The notes under the pieces: generated by a model
Told to the model about the DNA's origin: nothing
Seen by the model: only the letters and a program-made list of their open reading frames with translations
The model's database searches: none
In this document: piece after piece, positions 31,708-41,254 of the stretch
Numbering within the stretch: the first letter of the stretch is position 1
How the letters are laid out: each line of letters begins with the position of its first letter
NCBI GenBank assembly: GCA_047628655.1
Contig: JBLHVR010000002.1
Location: 1-53,723 of the forward strand
Reading direction: 5' to 3'
Length of the DNA stretch: 53,723 nucleotides
Origin: Lentimonas sp.
Lineage (GTDB): Bacteria; Pseudomonadota; Alphaproteobacteria; Rickettsiales; UBA1997
Position numbers and translations under genes: made by a program

Positions 31708-34700
31708 TTAATCATTAGGTTTTGTAACATCACTTACAAACTTATCAACATTGGATTTTCTGGCTCTTTCTAATGATTTTGAGGCGTAGCTTCCTTTGTT
31801 TATTGCTGATCCCATTGTTCTCCTTGTGTTATTTAGGGTGTTATTTGCTAAATTATATGGGGTTGAATGGCCTTCATTTCTATGATCTTTAGTTACTGAT
31901 TTTGCAGCACTCCATGCTTTACCTGGAGCTGATCTTGCGGAAGTAAATGCATTCCCAGGGGATGAAATAGCTCTATTTGCTCCGTATTGAATTCCTCTGG
32001 CTACGCGCATTGGATCAGTTACGGCACTTCCAACGCTTTTTGAGCCTCTATAAGCAGCTCCTGGTGCTTTACTTAGGCTATGTGCCATTCTGTCTTTTAA
32101 GCCAACACTAACATTTAGATCTTTATTTTTTATAGCACTACCGATATTTGATCTATCTTCATTACTAGCTCCTTTCATAGATTCTTTTAATTGGCTTCCA
32201 GTAATTTTGGAGTTGGCCTTGTCTGGTGACATGTATGAATCATATTTACTTTTAATTTTATTACTTCCCAACTCACTCAAAGTCGCGCTTGCTAATCTAC
32301 TCCTTTCAGTCATGATTTGTTTTGCACCATCGGCAGATAGGCCAAGAGAAAGTCCTTTTCCTAGTTTTGCATTATCTTTTACACCCTGCAGTATTTTTTT
32401 CTGATCTGCGCCAGTTTTAGCTCCTGATAATTGTTTAATTCCTGCTGTCGAATTTTTAAATTTATCTACCGCTTTATCACCAGCTTTATTCATTTCTTTT
32501 CTTTGTGAATCTTCTTTCGCATATTGTTCTTTTGCTTCTTTTTTGCTTTTTTCAGCTTTTTTACCAGAATTGAATAATGCTCTATCAACAGATTGTGTCA
32601 CTCCACTTAATTTACCTCCAATAGCTCCTTTAGCATTTTTAAGTGTTCCTTCTGCTGCCGATTTAATTCCTCCGGATAGCTGACTAGCCCTAATTGAGCC
32701 ACCAATAGCCGCTGCAAGATCGGTTATAAAACCAACAAAACTGTGCATTATTGAGGCAATAATCCATATAAATAAAATTGAAAATAAGGATGGAATTCCT
32801 TCTGGATTCCCAATATTACCCATTTCCCCTTGAGATCCCATAGATGAGGGTAGGGAAGGTAATGTCCAGAAAGATAATAGGCTTATTCTGCTTATTCCCA
32901 TATCAATTACCCACACTTCATCCCAACAGACTCTATATCCAAGTGACATTTTTATTACCTCATACATCATCATATTGAAGAATGCCAAGGTTGTTAATAG
33001 GAAGACTTGCTGCAATGAAAAACCGATTAATTCAGAAAGCCATTTATCGAAGGTTTCTTTGGTTTGATTAAATAGGAGCATGATAAAGAATATTGGCCCC
33101 AATATGAATAAAATTGAAATAAAGACTTGCGCAGTTAGATAAAGTAAGACGGCGTTAGCAACCGCATATATGTAGAGTAAAATACTCATGCCAACTATGT
33201 AGAGATATACCGGACCAAAAAGACTTGCGAAGAGCAAGGCTTGGATTTTTATTAGAGTTGGATCAGAGAATATTAGACCTAGAACCTTATCAACACTGCT
33301 GAATAATATGGCTTTGTCACTATAATCACCACTGGCAATGGCTGAGCTTAATTCAGGCGATTGATCAAATGAGCTAGCCATTAAGAATGTTAGATAATTG
33401 GAACCCTCTTTGAAGAAGTTGACAAATAATGCGTCAAACCACTCCCATCCACCTGGACTGATAAATAGATATACTATGCCAATTTTAATGATTCTGGTAA
33501 TGATTTCTCCTTGAGAGAACTCACTTACGCCCATTAAATATCCGACTCCATAAAAGGTAATCATTAAAATGACGGATATTTGGATGATTGCTTGAAATCT
33601 TGCATCACTGGTAACTTGCTTATATATTCTTTCGGCTTGCCCGATTTTACCTGCTTCTGTTGCACTATTTGGGTCTCCGTCCATTATTTCAATTACTGGA
33701 GAAACAACTTGGTCAACAATGCCAGAGAATTTATAATTATCATTTTCAACCTGAACAATAACTTGGTAACTTCCACTATTATTGTGATATGTATTGGCAC
33801 AATAATATTGTTTTTTGCAATCACTTGATCCCGAACCTATTGACGTCGTACATATTTGACCACTATTGCCCACAATAGCACTTTCGAAAAAGTCGTTATC
33901 TGTTATAACTCCATCACATGCAGTTCCAGAGCAAGAATTTACTAGGTTTGGAGCATTTATTGCGCAATTTCCTATTTCTGGATCTTTGATTTTGAAACTA
34001 ATTCTTAATTTATCTCCACTAGAACAATAGAACTCTCCATTACAACTAGTAACGTCTGCACAAATAAGTCCTTGGTTCAATTTTGATGTAGAGGAATCAT
34101 CGATATAATTTGAACTACGAGCTATAAAACCGCAATTTGAACCTATGCCTCCACAATCAGTATTAGCACTTAAAGTTATATTTGAAGTTGCATCAAGATT
34201 ACAAGATCCCCACTGACTACTACTGCCATGGTTATGGCGATAGAATTTATCTCCATCAAATGTTTCAAATTCAAGGGCAGAATTTGGATTGATGCCTGCG
34301 GATGAATTAGAATTGTTAAATCTTATTAGATCTCCACTTTCATCAAATTTATAATAGCTCTCTATTTCCGGATCTTGAGCTGTTGTGGTTGGGTTTTTAA
34401 TTTTAACTATGTTTGGCTGGTTACCAATTTGAATTGGTATAGTATCAGAAGAGCAATTTACACTAGTGTTGTCCTCTTCTAGGCATAATATTGCTTCTAA
34501 CCATTGACCGTTCTTAAATTCTTGCCTTCCAGATAAATCTACTTTGTAGCCATTTACTCCGTTATATGATGCGCTGTTGCTGGTGACAATATTATCAAAC
34601 GAATCGCCTTTTAAAATTAAGAATGATGCTCTGCCACTAATTTCAGGCATTATAGGATATCTTGATTGATAAATTATGTTGTTATTGTAGGCAGCTCCTT

Positions 34701-37023
34701 CTTTCGAGCCGGTTTTTGAAAAACTAGAAAAATTACCATATGAACCGTTAAATGTCTCCAGCCTTACAGCTCCTTTATATTTAGAATCATCCGCCAAATC
34801 AGAATCTGAAATTCCTGTGGCTGCAGAAATTTTACTAACTTTTCCTTCATAATTTTCTAAATTGTAACATTGGTCCACATCAACAGCAATTGTGGTTGAT
34901 GTTGGGGTATCTCTGTTTTGGGCGGATAAGCAAGAGCTACAAGTTACTGATGTGACGGATGGAGTAATTTGGTCGCATGTGTCAGCATCATAGGTAGATT
35001 GACAACTTTCAATTGGACAAAATGCACTGTCTAAATATGGAGAATCAAAAGCTGCATTATATCCACAATCTGCAGAATATTCTTTACAAAATTTTGTCCC
35101 ATTCGAATTAAATTGAATTATACAATTTGGATTATCAACATTTTCTGGAGCAACTCCTCGACACAGAAAAGCTGGCTTATCGAGAATTATTTGATTTGTA
35201 AAATCATAACCACCAACTTTCATAGCCATACCAACACCGCACCGCCTATTCAAGCCGCTGGTTGCTGTCCACTCGCCTTCCCAGCTTGATGGATCAAAAC
35301 GAAGAATTTGTCCTCTCCTAACATAAATTGTACTAGACCATGTTTTTTGTGGATTACTTGATACTGGTATTGATAAATTTCTTAAAGGATCAGATGTAGA
35401 TGTGGAAAAAGACTCATATTCGTAAAATTCATTATTAACGCCAGAGATTCTATCTCCCAAAGGATTAATGACTCTTCCCTTCAGAACACAGCTTTGACCA
35501 CCAAAACTAGCCGCAGAAGAACCTTGTCCAATAGAAGTAAAGCTGACAAATCCGGATTTATCGATTTTAATATCATGAATTTTGTCACGACGATAAGCTG
35601 TTACCGTTCCACAATTAGTTGTGCCGCCAGCATTGGTGTCATTGGAGGATATGGTAATTGAATCTCCCGATTCTAGAGAGATGTAATTACTGCTCCAACC
35701 AGAATTATTTGTTTCAATGTTGTGATTATTAAGAATATTATTGCCGCTATCCTTTACAGTTGCTACCAGTGGAGATGATGATGTTAAGTCACAAGCATTT
35801 GTGGATAACAGGCTTTTAAAGCTAATTTTAACGGCGTAAGTTTCATTGTTGGTAATTGAAATTGCCGCCGTTGAAATATCTCCAACTATCGCACCTAATG
35901 TAGGGCCGGGAAGTGAGCTACAAGTTGGGCTACAAACCGCACCACTACTTGCGAAGGGGTCACTTGAAAAAGGTGTTAAACCATCTAATTCCCACCTAAT
36001 CATCCCCCCAATACTACCTAAATTATTCATTTTAATTCTCGAATCAATCGCATAATAGGACTGAGCTATTGTGTTGTCGGTTGATGGGTAGCCACTGGCA
36101 GTATTGTAGGTTAGGCTGTTGCATGAAGATTGTGTCTTATCAACAGACCCTGAGTAACTACAAGCCCACAACCTGTCATCAGCAAAAAGGGGGGTTCCTG
36201 TGGTTCCTAATTGTTCGAATGAAGCATCTTTATCAAAGCTGTAACCTAATGGATGAGGAGTTATGAATGCGGCGAGTCTTTTAGCGCCGTTAACAACATC
36301 AGATCTTTGGGAAACAATATCCACATCTCCACCATATTTTATGGCGCTGTTGGTGGGGTCTGTCCAAGACCCACTGAATTGGACTTGTTTTGATATGCCC
36401 TGCGTTAAATCAAGAAATTTATTATCAAAACCAAGCTCTCTAGAATGTTGAGTGTTGTCGGTGCTAAATGCGAATATATTATTTAATATTCCTCCACCAA
36501 GAACAATATTTCCAAAGGCTTTAATACGAATTTTAGACTCGGGACTTATGGTTATTCCAGAATTTCTGCCGGGAATTCGTCTTGTAGTTGAAGTCCAATA
36601 TGGTTCAGAACCTCCCGATGTTGCACTAGAATTATTAGCACAAACTATTCTACATTCTTCAATACAAATTCTTTGAGCAGTACTATTCTCATCAAAACCG
36701 TCACAACCCTTACTATCCTCATTGGAGTAAACCGTACCGCTTGTATCTGTAACGCTAACAGTTCCCATGGTAAAGCAAGATGTTAGTCCGGAACCTTGAG
36801 AATAGTCGCTAACTGGTTTTCCAGAAATATATTCGCAACTCTGGCTCTGAGCGTTAGCTTGGATAGTTAATACTTCTTGCTCATATTCTCCAAAATTTTC
36901 AGCCTCAATACATCCCTCATTACTACAAGAAGAATAGGAGAATAGGAGGAGCAATAGCAATAACGACCTGCCTAAAGTGGTTTTTAGATATTTAGATTGA
37001 ATTAAAGAAAATAATTTTCGCAA
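31708..37023 (-). CDS. giant (1771 aa) VirB6/TrbL-like type IV secretion inner-membrane protein with a large Cys-rich exported N-terminal domain and a basic low-complexity C-terminal tail
   Basis: TTG start and signal peptide (LLLLLLLFSYSSC). Residues ~1141-1445 are polytopic and include LGPIFFIMLLFNQTKETFDKWLSELIGFSLQQVFLL, matching the conserved TrbL/VirB6 core. Residues ~34-1140 are hydrophilic S/T/N/G/C-rich. Residues ~1446-1771 are K/S/A/G-rich. The ORF itself is certain; the family call rests on motif recognition. Confidence 0.75.
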   Translation of the reverse strand: MRKLFSLIQSKYLKTTLGRSLLLLLLLFSYSSCSNEGCIEAENFGEYEQEVLTIQANAQSQSCEYISGKPVSDYSQGSGLTSCFTMGTVSVTDTSGTVYSNEDSKGCDGFDENSTAQRICIEECRIVCANNSSATSGGSEPYWTSTTRRIPGRNSGITISPESKIRIKAFGNIVLGGGILNNIFAFSTDNTQHSRELGFDNKFLDLTQGISKQVQFSGSWTDPTNSAIKYGGDVDIVSQRSDVVNGAKRLAAFITPHPLGYSFDKDASFEQLGTTGTPLFADDRLWACSYSGSVDKTQSSCNSLTYNTASGYPSTDNTIAQSYYAIDSRIKMNNLGSIGGMIRWELDGLTPFSSDPFASSGAVCSPTCSSLPGPTLGAIVGDISTAAISITNNETYAVKISFKSLLSTNACDLTSSSPLVATVKDSGNNILNNHNIETNNSGWSSNYISLESGDSITISSNDTNAGGTTNCGTVTAYRRDKIHDIKIDKSGFVSFTSIGQGSSAASFGGQSCVLKGRVINPLGDRISGVNNEFYEYESFSTSTSDPLRNLSIPVSSNPQKTWSSTIYVRRGQILRFDPSSWEGEWTATSGLNRRCGVGMAMKVGGYDFTNQIILDKPAFLCRGVAPENVDNPNCIIQFNSNGTKFCKEYSADCGYNAAFDSPYLDSAFCPIESCQSTYDADTCDQITPSVTSVTCSSCLSAQNRDTPTSTTIAVDVDQCYNLENYEGKVSKISAATGISDSDLADDSKYKGAVRLETFNGSYGNFSSFSKTGSKEGAAYNNNIIYQSRYPIMPEISGRASFLILKGDSFDNIVTSNSASYNGVNGYKVDLSGRQEFKNGQWLEAILCLEEDNTSVNCSSDTIPIQIGNQPNIVKIKNPTTTAQDPEIESYYKFDESGDLIRFNNSNSSAGINPNSALEFETFDGDKFYRHNHGSSSQWGSCNLDATSNITLSANTDCGGIGSNCGFIARSSNYIDDSSTSKLNQGLICADVTSCNGEFYCSSGDKLRISFKIKDPEIGNCAINAPNLVNSCSGTACDGVITDNDFFESAIVGNSGQICTTSIGSGSSDCKKQYYCANTYHNNSGSYQVIVQVENDNYKFSGIVDQVVSPVIEIMDGDPNSATEAGKIGQAERIYKQVTSDARFQAIIQISVILMITFYGVGYLMGVSEFSQGEIITRIIKIGIVYLFISPGGWEWFDALFVNFFKEGSNYLTFLMASSFDQSPELSSAIASGDYSDKAILFSSVDKVLGLIFSDPTLIKIQALLFASLFGPVYLYIVGMSILLYIYAVANAVLLYLTAQVFISILFILGPIFFIMLLFNQTKETFDKWLSELIGFSLQQVFLLTTLAFFNMMMYEVIKMSLGYRVCWDEVWVIDMGISRISLLSFWTLPSLPSSMGSQGEMGNIGNPEGIPSLFSILFIWIIASIMHSFVGFITDLAAAIGGSIRASQLSGGIKSAAEGTLKNAKGAIGGKLSGVTQSVDRALFNSGKKAEKSKKEAKEQYAKEDSQRKEMNKAGDKAVDKFKNSTAGIKQLSGAKTGADQKKILQGVKDNAKLGKGLSLGLSADGAKQIMTERSRLASATLSELGSNKIKSKYDSYMSPDKANSKITGSQLKESMKGASNEDRSNIGSAIKNKDLNVSVGLKDRMAHSLSKAPGAAYRGSKSVGSAVTDPMRVARGIQYGANRAISSPGNAFTSARSAPGKAWSAAKSVTKDHRNEGHSTPYNLANNTLNNTRRTMGSAINKGSYASKSLERARKSNVDKFVSDVTKPND

Positions 37024-37031
37024 AAATCGCC

Positions 37032-38036
37032 TTAAATTTGTTTTATAATTACATCAGCTAATCTTTGAGATTCAGCTAACTTCTTCGAGTTAGCAAAGAC
37101 TAGCGTTTTTCCATCTAATTTTCCATCTAATTTTCCATCTAATTTTTTTGCAAATCCCTTCTCAAACAAATTATTTAAGAATTTTCGATGTTTTAAAGAA
37201 CAAATTTCTGGTGAATCAAAGATATAAATTGACTTTCCAAGAGAACAAATCTCGCAGCACATTGTAATGGAATCACCAGTGGCAATAATTAAATCAGACG
37301 AATAAAGAGCTGCAAAATAAGGGTTGATTTCCTGACATTCTTGCCATTTGAAAAAAGTCTTAGAAAAATTTCCAATTAAATTCTGATCTAAAATTTCACT
37401 AATTTCATTACCGGTTCTTCTACTATCAAAAATAAATAAATGACCATTTAAATTAGAGGATATTTTACTAACCATTTTTCCTAAGTTTTTAGCGGTTTGA
37501 GTAGTAAATTTCCTTGTTTTAGAAGATCCGCCAACCAATAAAGAAATTCTAGGCTTTAGGTTAGTTTCTAAGATATCGGAGAATTTTTCATATTCCTCCT
37601 TAAGCAAATCTTCTTTAATTCGGGTTAATGATCCTAAAATTCTGATGACATTTTTTGCATCATTCTTTCTGTCATGATCTGGTAAGGCCACTAAATTGAA
37701 CTTTTTAAAATTCAAATTTGGGTGCATTATTTGAATTGTAAAAGCTTGGTAATATTTTTTTAGGAAAGCACAAAGGGGAGCGGTTTTTCTGCCGGCAGAA
37801 ATGATGATGTCAGGTTTAGATTTTTGATTGAACAGTTCAAACTTGGAAGATGATTTAATTCCCAATAATCCATTAATTTTTAGAAAATTGGGTATTTTTG
37901 CCCAAAAATTGTAATTAATTTCTTTGATTTTAATTTTACTTTCTGGCAATTTCCTCCAAATAGCCTCTGCAAGACCAAGAGCTTGAGAATAATTTCCAGC
38001 ACGATCATCTTTTAAAACCCAGATTATTTTACTCAT
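37032..38036 (-). CDS. ELM1/DUF1022-family protein (mitochondrial fission ELM1 homolog, putative glycosyltransferase-like)
   Basis: The N-terminus IWVLKDDRAGNYSQALGLAEAI is characteristic of the family. 334 aa. It overlaps coaD by 4 nt and ends 8 nt before the giant gene. Confidence 0.8.
   Translation of the reverse strand: MSKIIWVLKDDRAGNYSQALGLAEAIWRKLPESKIKIKEINYNFWAKIPNFLKINGLLGIKSSSKFELFNQKSKPDIIISAGRKTAPLCAFLKKYYQAFTIQIMHPNLNFKKFNLVALPDHDRKNDAKNVIRILGSLTRIKEDLLKEEYEKFSDILETNLKPRISLLVGGSSKTRKFTTQTAKNLGKMVSKISSNLNGHLFIFDSRRTGNEISEILDQNLIGNFSKTFFKWQECQEINPYFAALYSSDLIIATGDSITMCCEICSLGKSIYIFDSPEICSLKHRKFLNNLFEKGFAKKLDGKLDGKLDGKTLVFANSKKLAESQRLADVIIKQI
37111..37146. repeat. perfect 3 x 12-nt tandem repeat (ccatctaatttt) inside the ELM1-family gene, encoding (KLDG)3
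   Basis: Units at 37111-37122, 37123-37134 and 37135-37146 are identical. The protein reads KKLDGKLDGKLDGKTL. Confidence 0.95.
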
Positions 38037-38533
38037 TTTTGTAAAATTTTATTCAACTCTTGCTCAACATTCTTTGAAACAAATCCTGAAACATCTCCAC
38101 CTAATCTGGCAACTTCTTTAACCAATTTTGAAGCAATAAAATGGTTAGATTCTGATGCTGGAAGAAAAATAGTTTGAATTTCAGAATTAAGCTTAGAATT
38201 CATTCCAGACATTTGAAATTCATATTCAAAATCAGAAACAGCTCTAAGGCCACGAATAATGATGTTAGATTGTTTTTCCTTAGCAAAATTAATCAACAAA
38301 CCTTCAAAACCAACAACTTCCACGGTTTTATTTGGGTCGAGATTCTTTATGTCTTCTTCAATTAATTTAATTCTTTGCTGAACTGAAAAAATTGGGCTTT
38401 TGGAAGTGTCCTTAGCAACTCCAATAACTAGGTGATCGACAATTTTTAAAGTTCGCTTAATAATGTCTAAATGGCCAAAAGTAATGGGGTCAAAAGTTCC
38501 AGGATAAATGGCTTTTGTAATTGAATGATTCAT
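38033..38533 (-). CDS. coaD: phosphopantetheine adenylyltransferase
   Basis: AIYPGTFDPITFGHLDII (T/HxGH motif). Length 166 aa. Confidence 0.95.
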   Translation of the reverse strand: MNHSITKAIYPGTFDPITFGHLDIIKRTLKIVDHLVIGVAKDTSKSPIFSVQQRIKLIEEDIKNLDPNKTVEVVGFEGLLINFAKEKQSNIIIRGLRAVSDFEYEFQMSGMNSKLNSEIQTIFLPASESNHFIASKLVKEVARLGGDVSGFVSKNVEQELNKILQK

Positions 38534-38592
38534 TTTTAATTAGATTTATTAAATGGATTTTGCATTATTAATTTTCACTAAACTAAACACAA

Positions 38593-39054
38593 ATGAAAAT
38601 CACAATAATTTCCATCGGTAAATTTTCTAAAAATGATCCTAATTTAGAATTATTCTCAAAATATCAAAAACGCTTGCCCTGGAAAGTGGAATTGAAAGAG
38701 CTAGAAGTAAAAGGAAACTTAAAAGGTGAGGTTTTAAAGGCTAAAGAAGCAGAAACTCTTTTAAACGCAGTGCCAAATGGCGCAAAAATAATTGCTTTAG
38801 ATGAAAAAGGAGAGGAATTTTCCAGTGTTAAATTTTCCCAGAAACTTGAAAAGTTTGGTAATTGTGGAGATAGTAATTTGGCTTTTATTATTGGCGGAGC
38901 TGATGGATTAAGCGCGGATTTAAAGAAGAAAGCCAGTTTACTAATTTCATTTAGTAAAATGACTTTCCCACACATGATGGTCCGCAGTTTTTTAATTGAG
39001 CAAATTTACCGCGCTTACAGCATTATTAATAATCACCCTTATCACAGAATCTAG
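38593..39054 (+). CDS. rlmH: 23S rRNA (pseudouridine1915-N3)-methyltransferase RlmH
   Basis: 153 aa SPOUT protein. IALDEKGEEFSS, FIIGGADGL, SFSKMTFPHMMVR, EQIYRAYSI motifs. Confidence 0.9.
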   Translation: MKITIISIGKFSKNDPNLELFSKYQKRLPWKVELKELEVKGNLKGEVLKAKEAETLLNAVPNGAKIIALDEKGEEFSSVKFSQKLEKFGNCGDSNLAFIIGGADGLSADLKKKASLLISFSKMTFPHMMVRSFLIEQIYRAYSIINNHPYHRI

Positions 39055-40790
39055 ATTATTTTAACAATCACTTCAATCATTGGTCTTTTACCGGTTAAAT
39101 CACCGATATTTTTTCTCAATTTATTTCTAATTGCCTTGGTAATTGACTCAATGGTTTTGTTGTTAGATTTACTGCTTTGGCTTTTTTCTTTTCCAAAAAT
39201 TTTATCTTTAAAACTTTTACCTTTAAATAAGCCTTTTGAACTGCTTTTAACGGCAATTCGCACATCTTGCTTAAGTAAATCTAAGGTTTTTTGATCTTTA
39301 GAAAAATCAATTGAACCGGGAGTTAAAATATCGACATTACCCACAATTTCACCGCTATTACCATTAATAACAATTGAGGTTATAACAATTCCAGCATTTT
39401 GAAGTTTGTATCTGGTTTTAATGATTTCACCTTCCAAAGGAATGATTTGTTTACCGTCAATCCCGAAATATCCGGTTGGAACTTCGCCGATCATTTTACT
39501 TTCTTCATTTTTAGAAAGCTTAACAACAGAACCATTTTGAACAGGAATTGCCTGAGGAACTCCCCATTCTTTAGTTAAAAAGCTATGCTGTCTTAAATGA
39601 ACGAATTCTCCGTGAACAGGAATCGCAATTTGAGGCTTGGCAAGATCGTACATTTCTTTAAGTTCATCTTGGTTGGGATGGCCAGAAACATGAACGAAAT
39701 GATCTTTTTCGGTAATAACTTCAATTTTTCTTTTGGCAAATAAATTAAACAAACCAAAAATTGATTTTTCATTCCCAGGAATAATTTTAGAAGAGAAAAT
39801 TACGGTATCTCCCGCCTTAAATTTAATGGTTGGATGTTTTCCGGTGGCAATTTTCATTGTTCCCGCGTTGGATTCTCCTTGGCAACCAGTAGAAATGATT
39901 AAAACTTCTGAAGGTGCATGATATTTTAATTCTTTGTCAGAAAGAAAGGGCGGAAGATCTTTGAAATATCCAGTTGTAATGGCAATTTCTTTCAGTCTTT
40001 GAAGAGAAAAACCAGTCATACAAACCTTTCTGCCACAAGCTTCGGCCACTTTAACAATGGTAAAAACGCGAGCAATGTTAGAGGCAAAAGTTGTAACTCC
40101 AACTAATTGTTTACAATCTTTAACAATAGATTTTAGGCTTTCAAAAAGTTCACCTTCTGAACCAGAATGACCGGGAGAAAGCGAGTTGGTCGAATCGCAA
40201 ACTAAAGCCAAAATTTCACCTTTGTCGCCGTAAGCTTTAATTTTTTCTTTTTCAGAAATATTTCCTACAACTGGGCTTGGGTCAAATTTCCAATCTCCAC
40301 TGTGAAGAACATTTCCGTGACGAGTTTTAATCATCAAAGCGTTCATTTCAGGAACTGAGTGAGTTAGGCCGATAAATTCAATGTTAAAAGAACCAAGTTT
40401 TAATTCTTGATCTTCCTTAATAATGTTAATTTTAACTTGTGAACCGTAGGAATATTCTTGCAATTTTGCTCTTAAAAAATGAGCTGCAAAGTTGGAAGTA
40501 TAAACTGGGGCGCCAAGATCTTGCCACAAATGCTGAATTGCACCTAAATGATCTTCGTGAATATGGGTAACGATAATTCCAAGCAAGTCTTTTTTGCGAG
40601 CTTTAATGAAAGAAATATCGGCGCAGATCATGTCTACTCCAGGAACTTCATGAGCAAATCCAAGGCCACAATCGACCATAATCCACTTACCATCAAGATG
40701 GTAAAGATTGACATTCATGCCAATTTCGCTGGCTCCGCCAAGTGGTGCAAATAATAGGTCTTCTCTGTGTTTTTGTAAATTTAATTGCAT
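39051..40790 (-). CDS. rnj: ribonuclease J (metallo-beta-lactamase / beta-CASP family)
   Basis: VTHIHEDHLGA (HxHxDH), beta-CASP region, HVSGH. 579 aa with a basic C-terminal tail. Confidence 0.88.
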   Translation of the reverse strand: MQLNLQKHREDLLFAPLGGASEIGMNVNLYHLDGKWIMVDCGLGFAHEVPGVDMICADISFIKARKKDLLGIIVTHIHEDHLGAIQHLWQDLGAPVYTSNFAAHFLRAKLQEYSYGSQVKINIIKEDQELKLGSFNIEFIGLTHSVPEMNALMIKTRHGNVLHSGDWKFDPSPVVGNISEKEKIKAYGDKGEILALVCDSTNSLSPGHSGSEGELFESLKSIVKDCKQLVGVTTFASNIARVFTIVKVAEACGRKVCMTGFSLQRLKEIAITTGYFKDLPPFLSDKELKYHAPSEVLIISTGCQGESNAGTMKIATGKHPTIKFKAGDTVIFSSKIIPGNEKSIFGLFNLFAKRKIEVITEKDHFVHVSGHPNQDELKEMYDLAKPQIAIPVHGEFVHLRQHSFLTKEWGVPQAIPVQNGSVVKLSKNEESKMIGEVPTGYFGIDGKQIIPLEGEIIKTRYKLQNAGIVITSIVINGNSGEIVGNVDILTPGSIDFSKDQKTLDLLKQDVRIAVKSSSKGLFKGKSFKDKIFGKEKSQSSKSNNKTIESITKAIRNKLRKNIGDLTGKRPMIEVIVKII

Positions 40791-40931
40791 TTAATTTTGA
40801 TTTTGATTTTTAATTTTAAGAGATAATGGAAGGTGGGTTTTGTGGTGCAGAATTCCGCAAGAGCGCTAATTACACATATTTCATTATTTGGAGCAAGTAA
40901 AATATTAGTTAATCCAGAAACGGGATATTAA

Positions 40932-41249
40932 TTAATTCTTTCTTTTAAAAAATTTTCCTAGAATAAAATTTTCCTTTTCAAGGCCAAAAAGAGAGTTAGA
41001 GACTTTAATGAATAAAACCGTTCCAGCCAGAAGGAAGGTGATTCCATTGGCAATAATCATTGGCCAATTGTGAATTAAAGCTCCGAATATTCCCCAAAAT
41101 AAAACGCCCAACACAAACATGAAATACATCAATAAAGAAATTCCTGAAGTTTCTCTAGTTTTGATGGTTTTAATGGCTTGGGGAATAAAACTTAATGTAG
41201 TGAGGCAGGCGCCGAGAACATTAAAAATTAGGATCAAATTGGCTTCCAT
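40932..41249 (-). CDS. PQ-loop / SemiSWEET-type small membrane transporter
   Basis: 105 aa with 3 TM helices and a PQ motif in TM1 (SFIPQAIKTIKTRETSGIS). Confidence 0.75.
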   Translation of the reverse strand: MEANLILIFNVLGACLTTLSFIPQAIKTIKTRETSGISLLMYFMFVLGVLFWGIFGALIHNWPMIIANGITFLLAGTVLFIKVSNSLFGLEKENFILGKFFKRKN

Positions 41250-41254
41250 TGTAA

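Noticed and set aside
32207-36676. Plus-strand ORFs of 62-82 aa inside the giant gene (32207-32404, 33580-33828, 35846-36055, 36069-36266, 36263-36451, 36452-36676).
   Set aside because: They are antisense to an uninterrupted 5.3-kb ORF and have no motifs. Such frames are expected by chance opposite a long ORF.
39051-39054. 4-nt convergent overlap of rlmH and rnj through a shared palindromic CTAG (TAG stop on both strands).
   Set aside because: It is real but is a trivial result of genome compaction, with no evident function.
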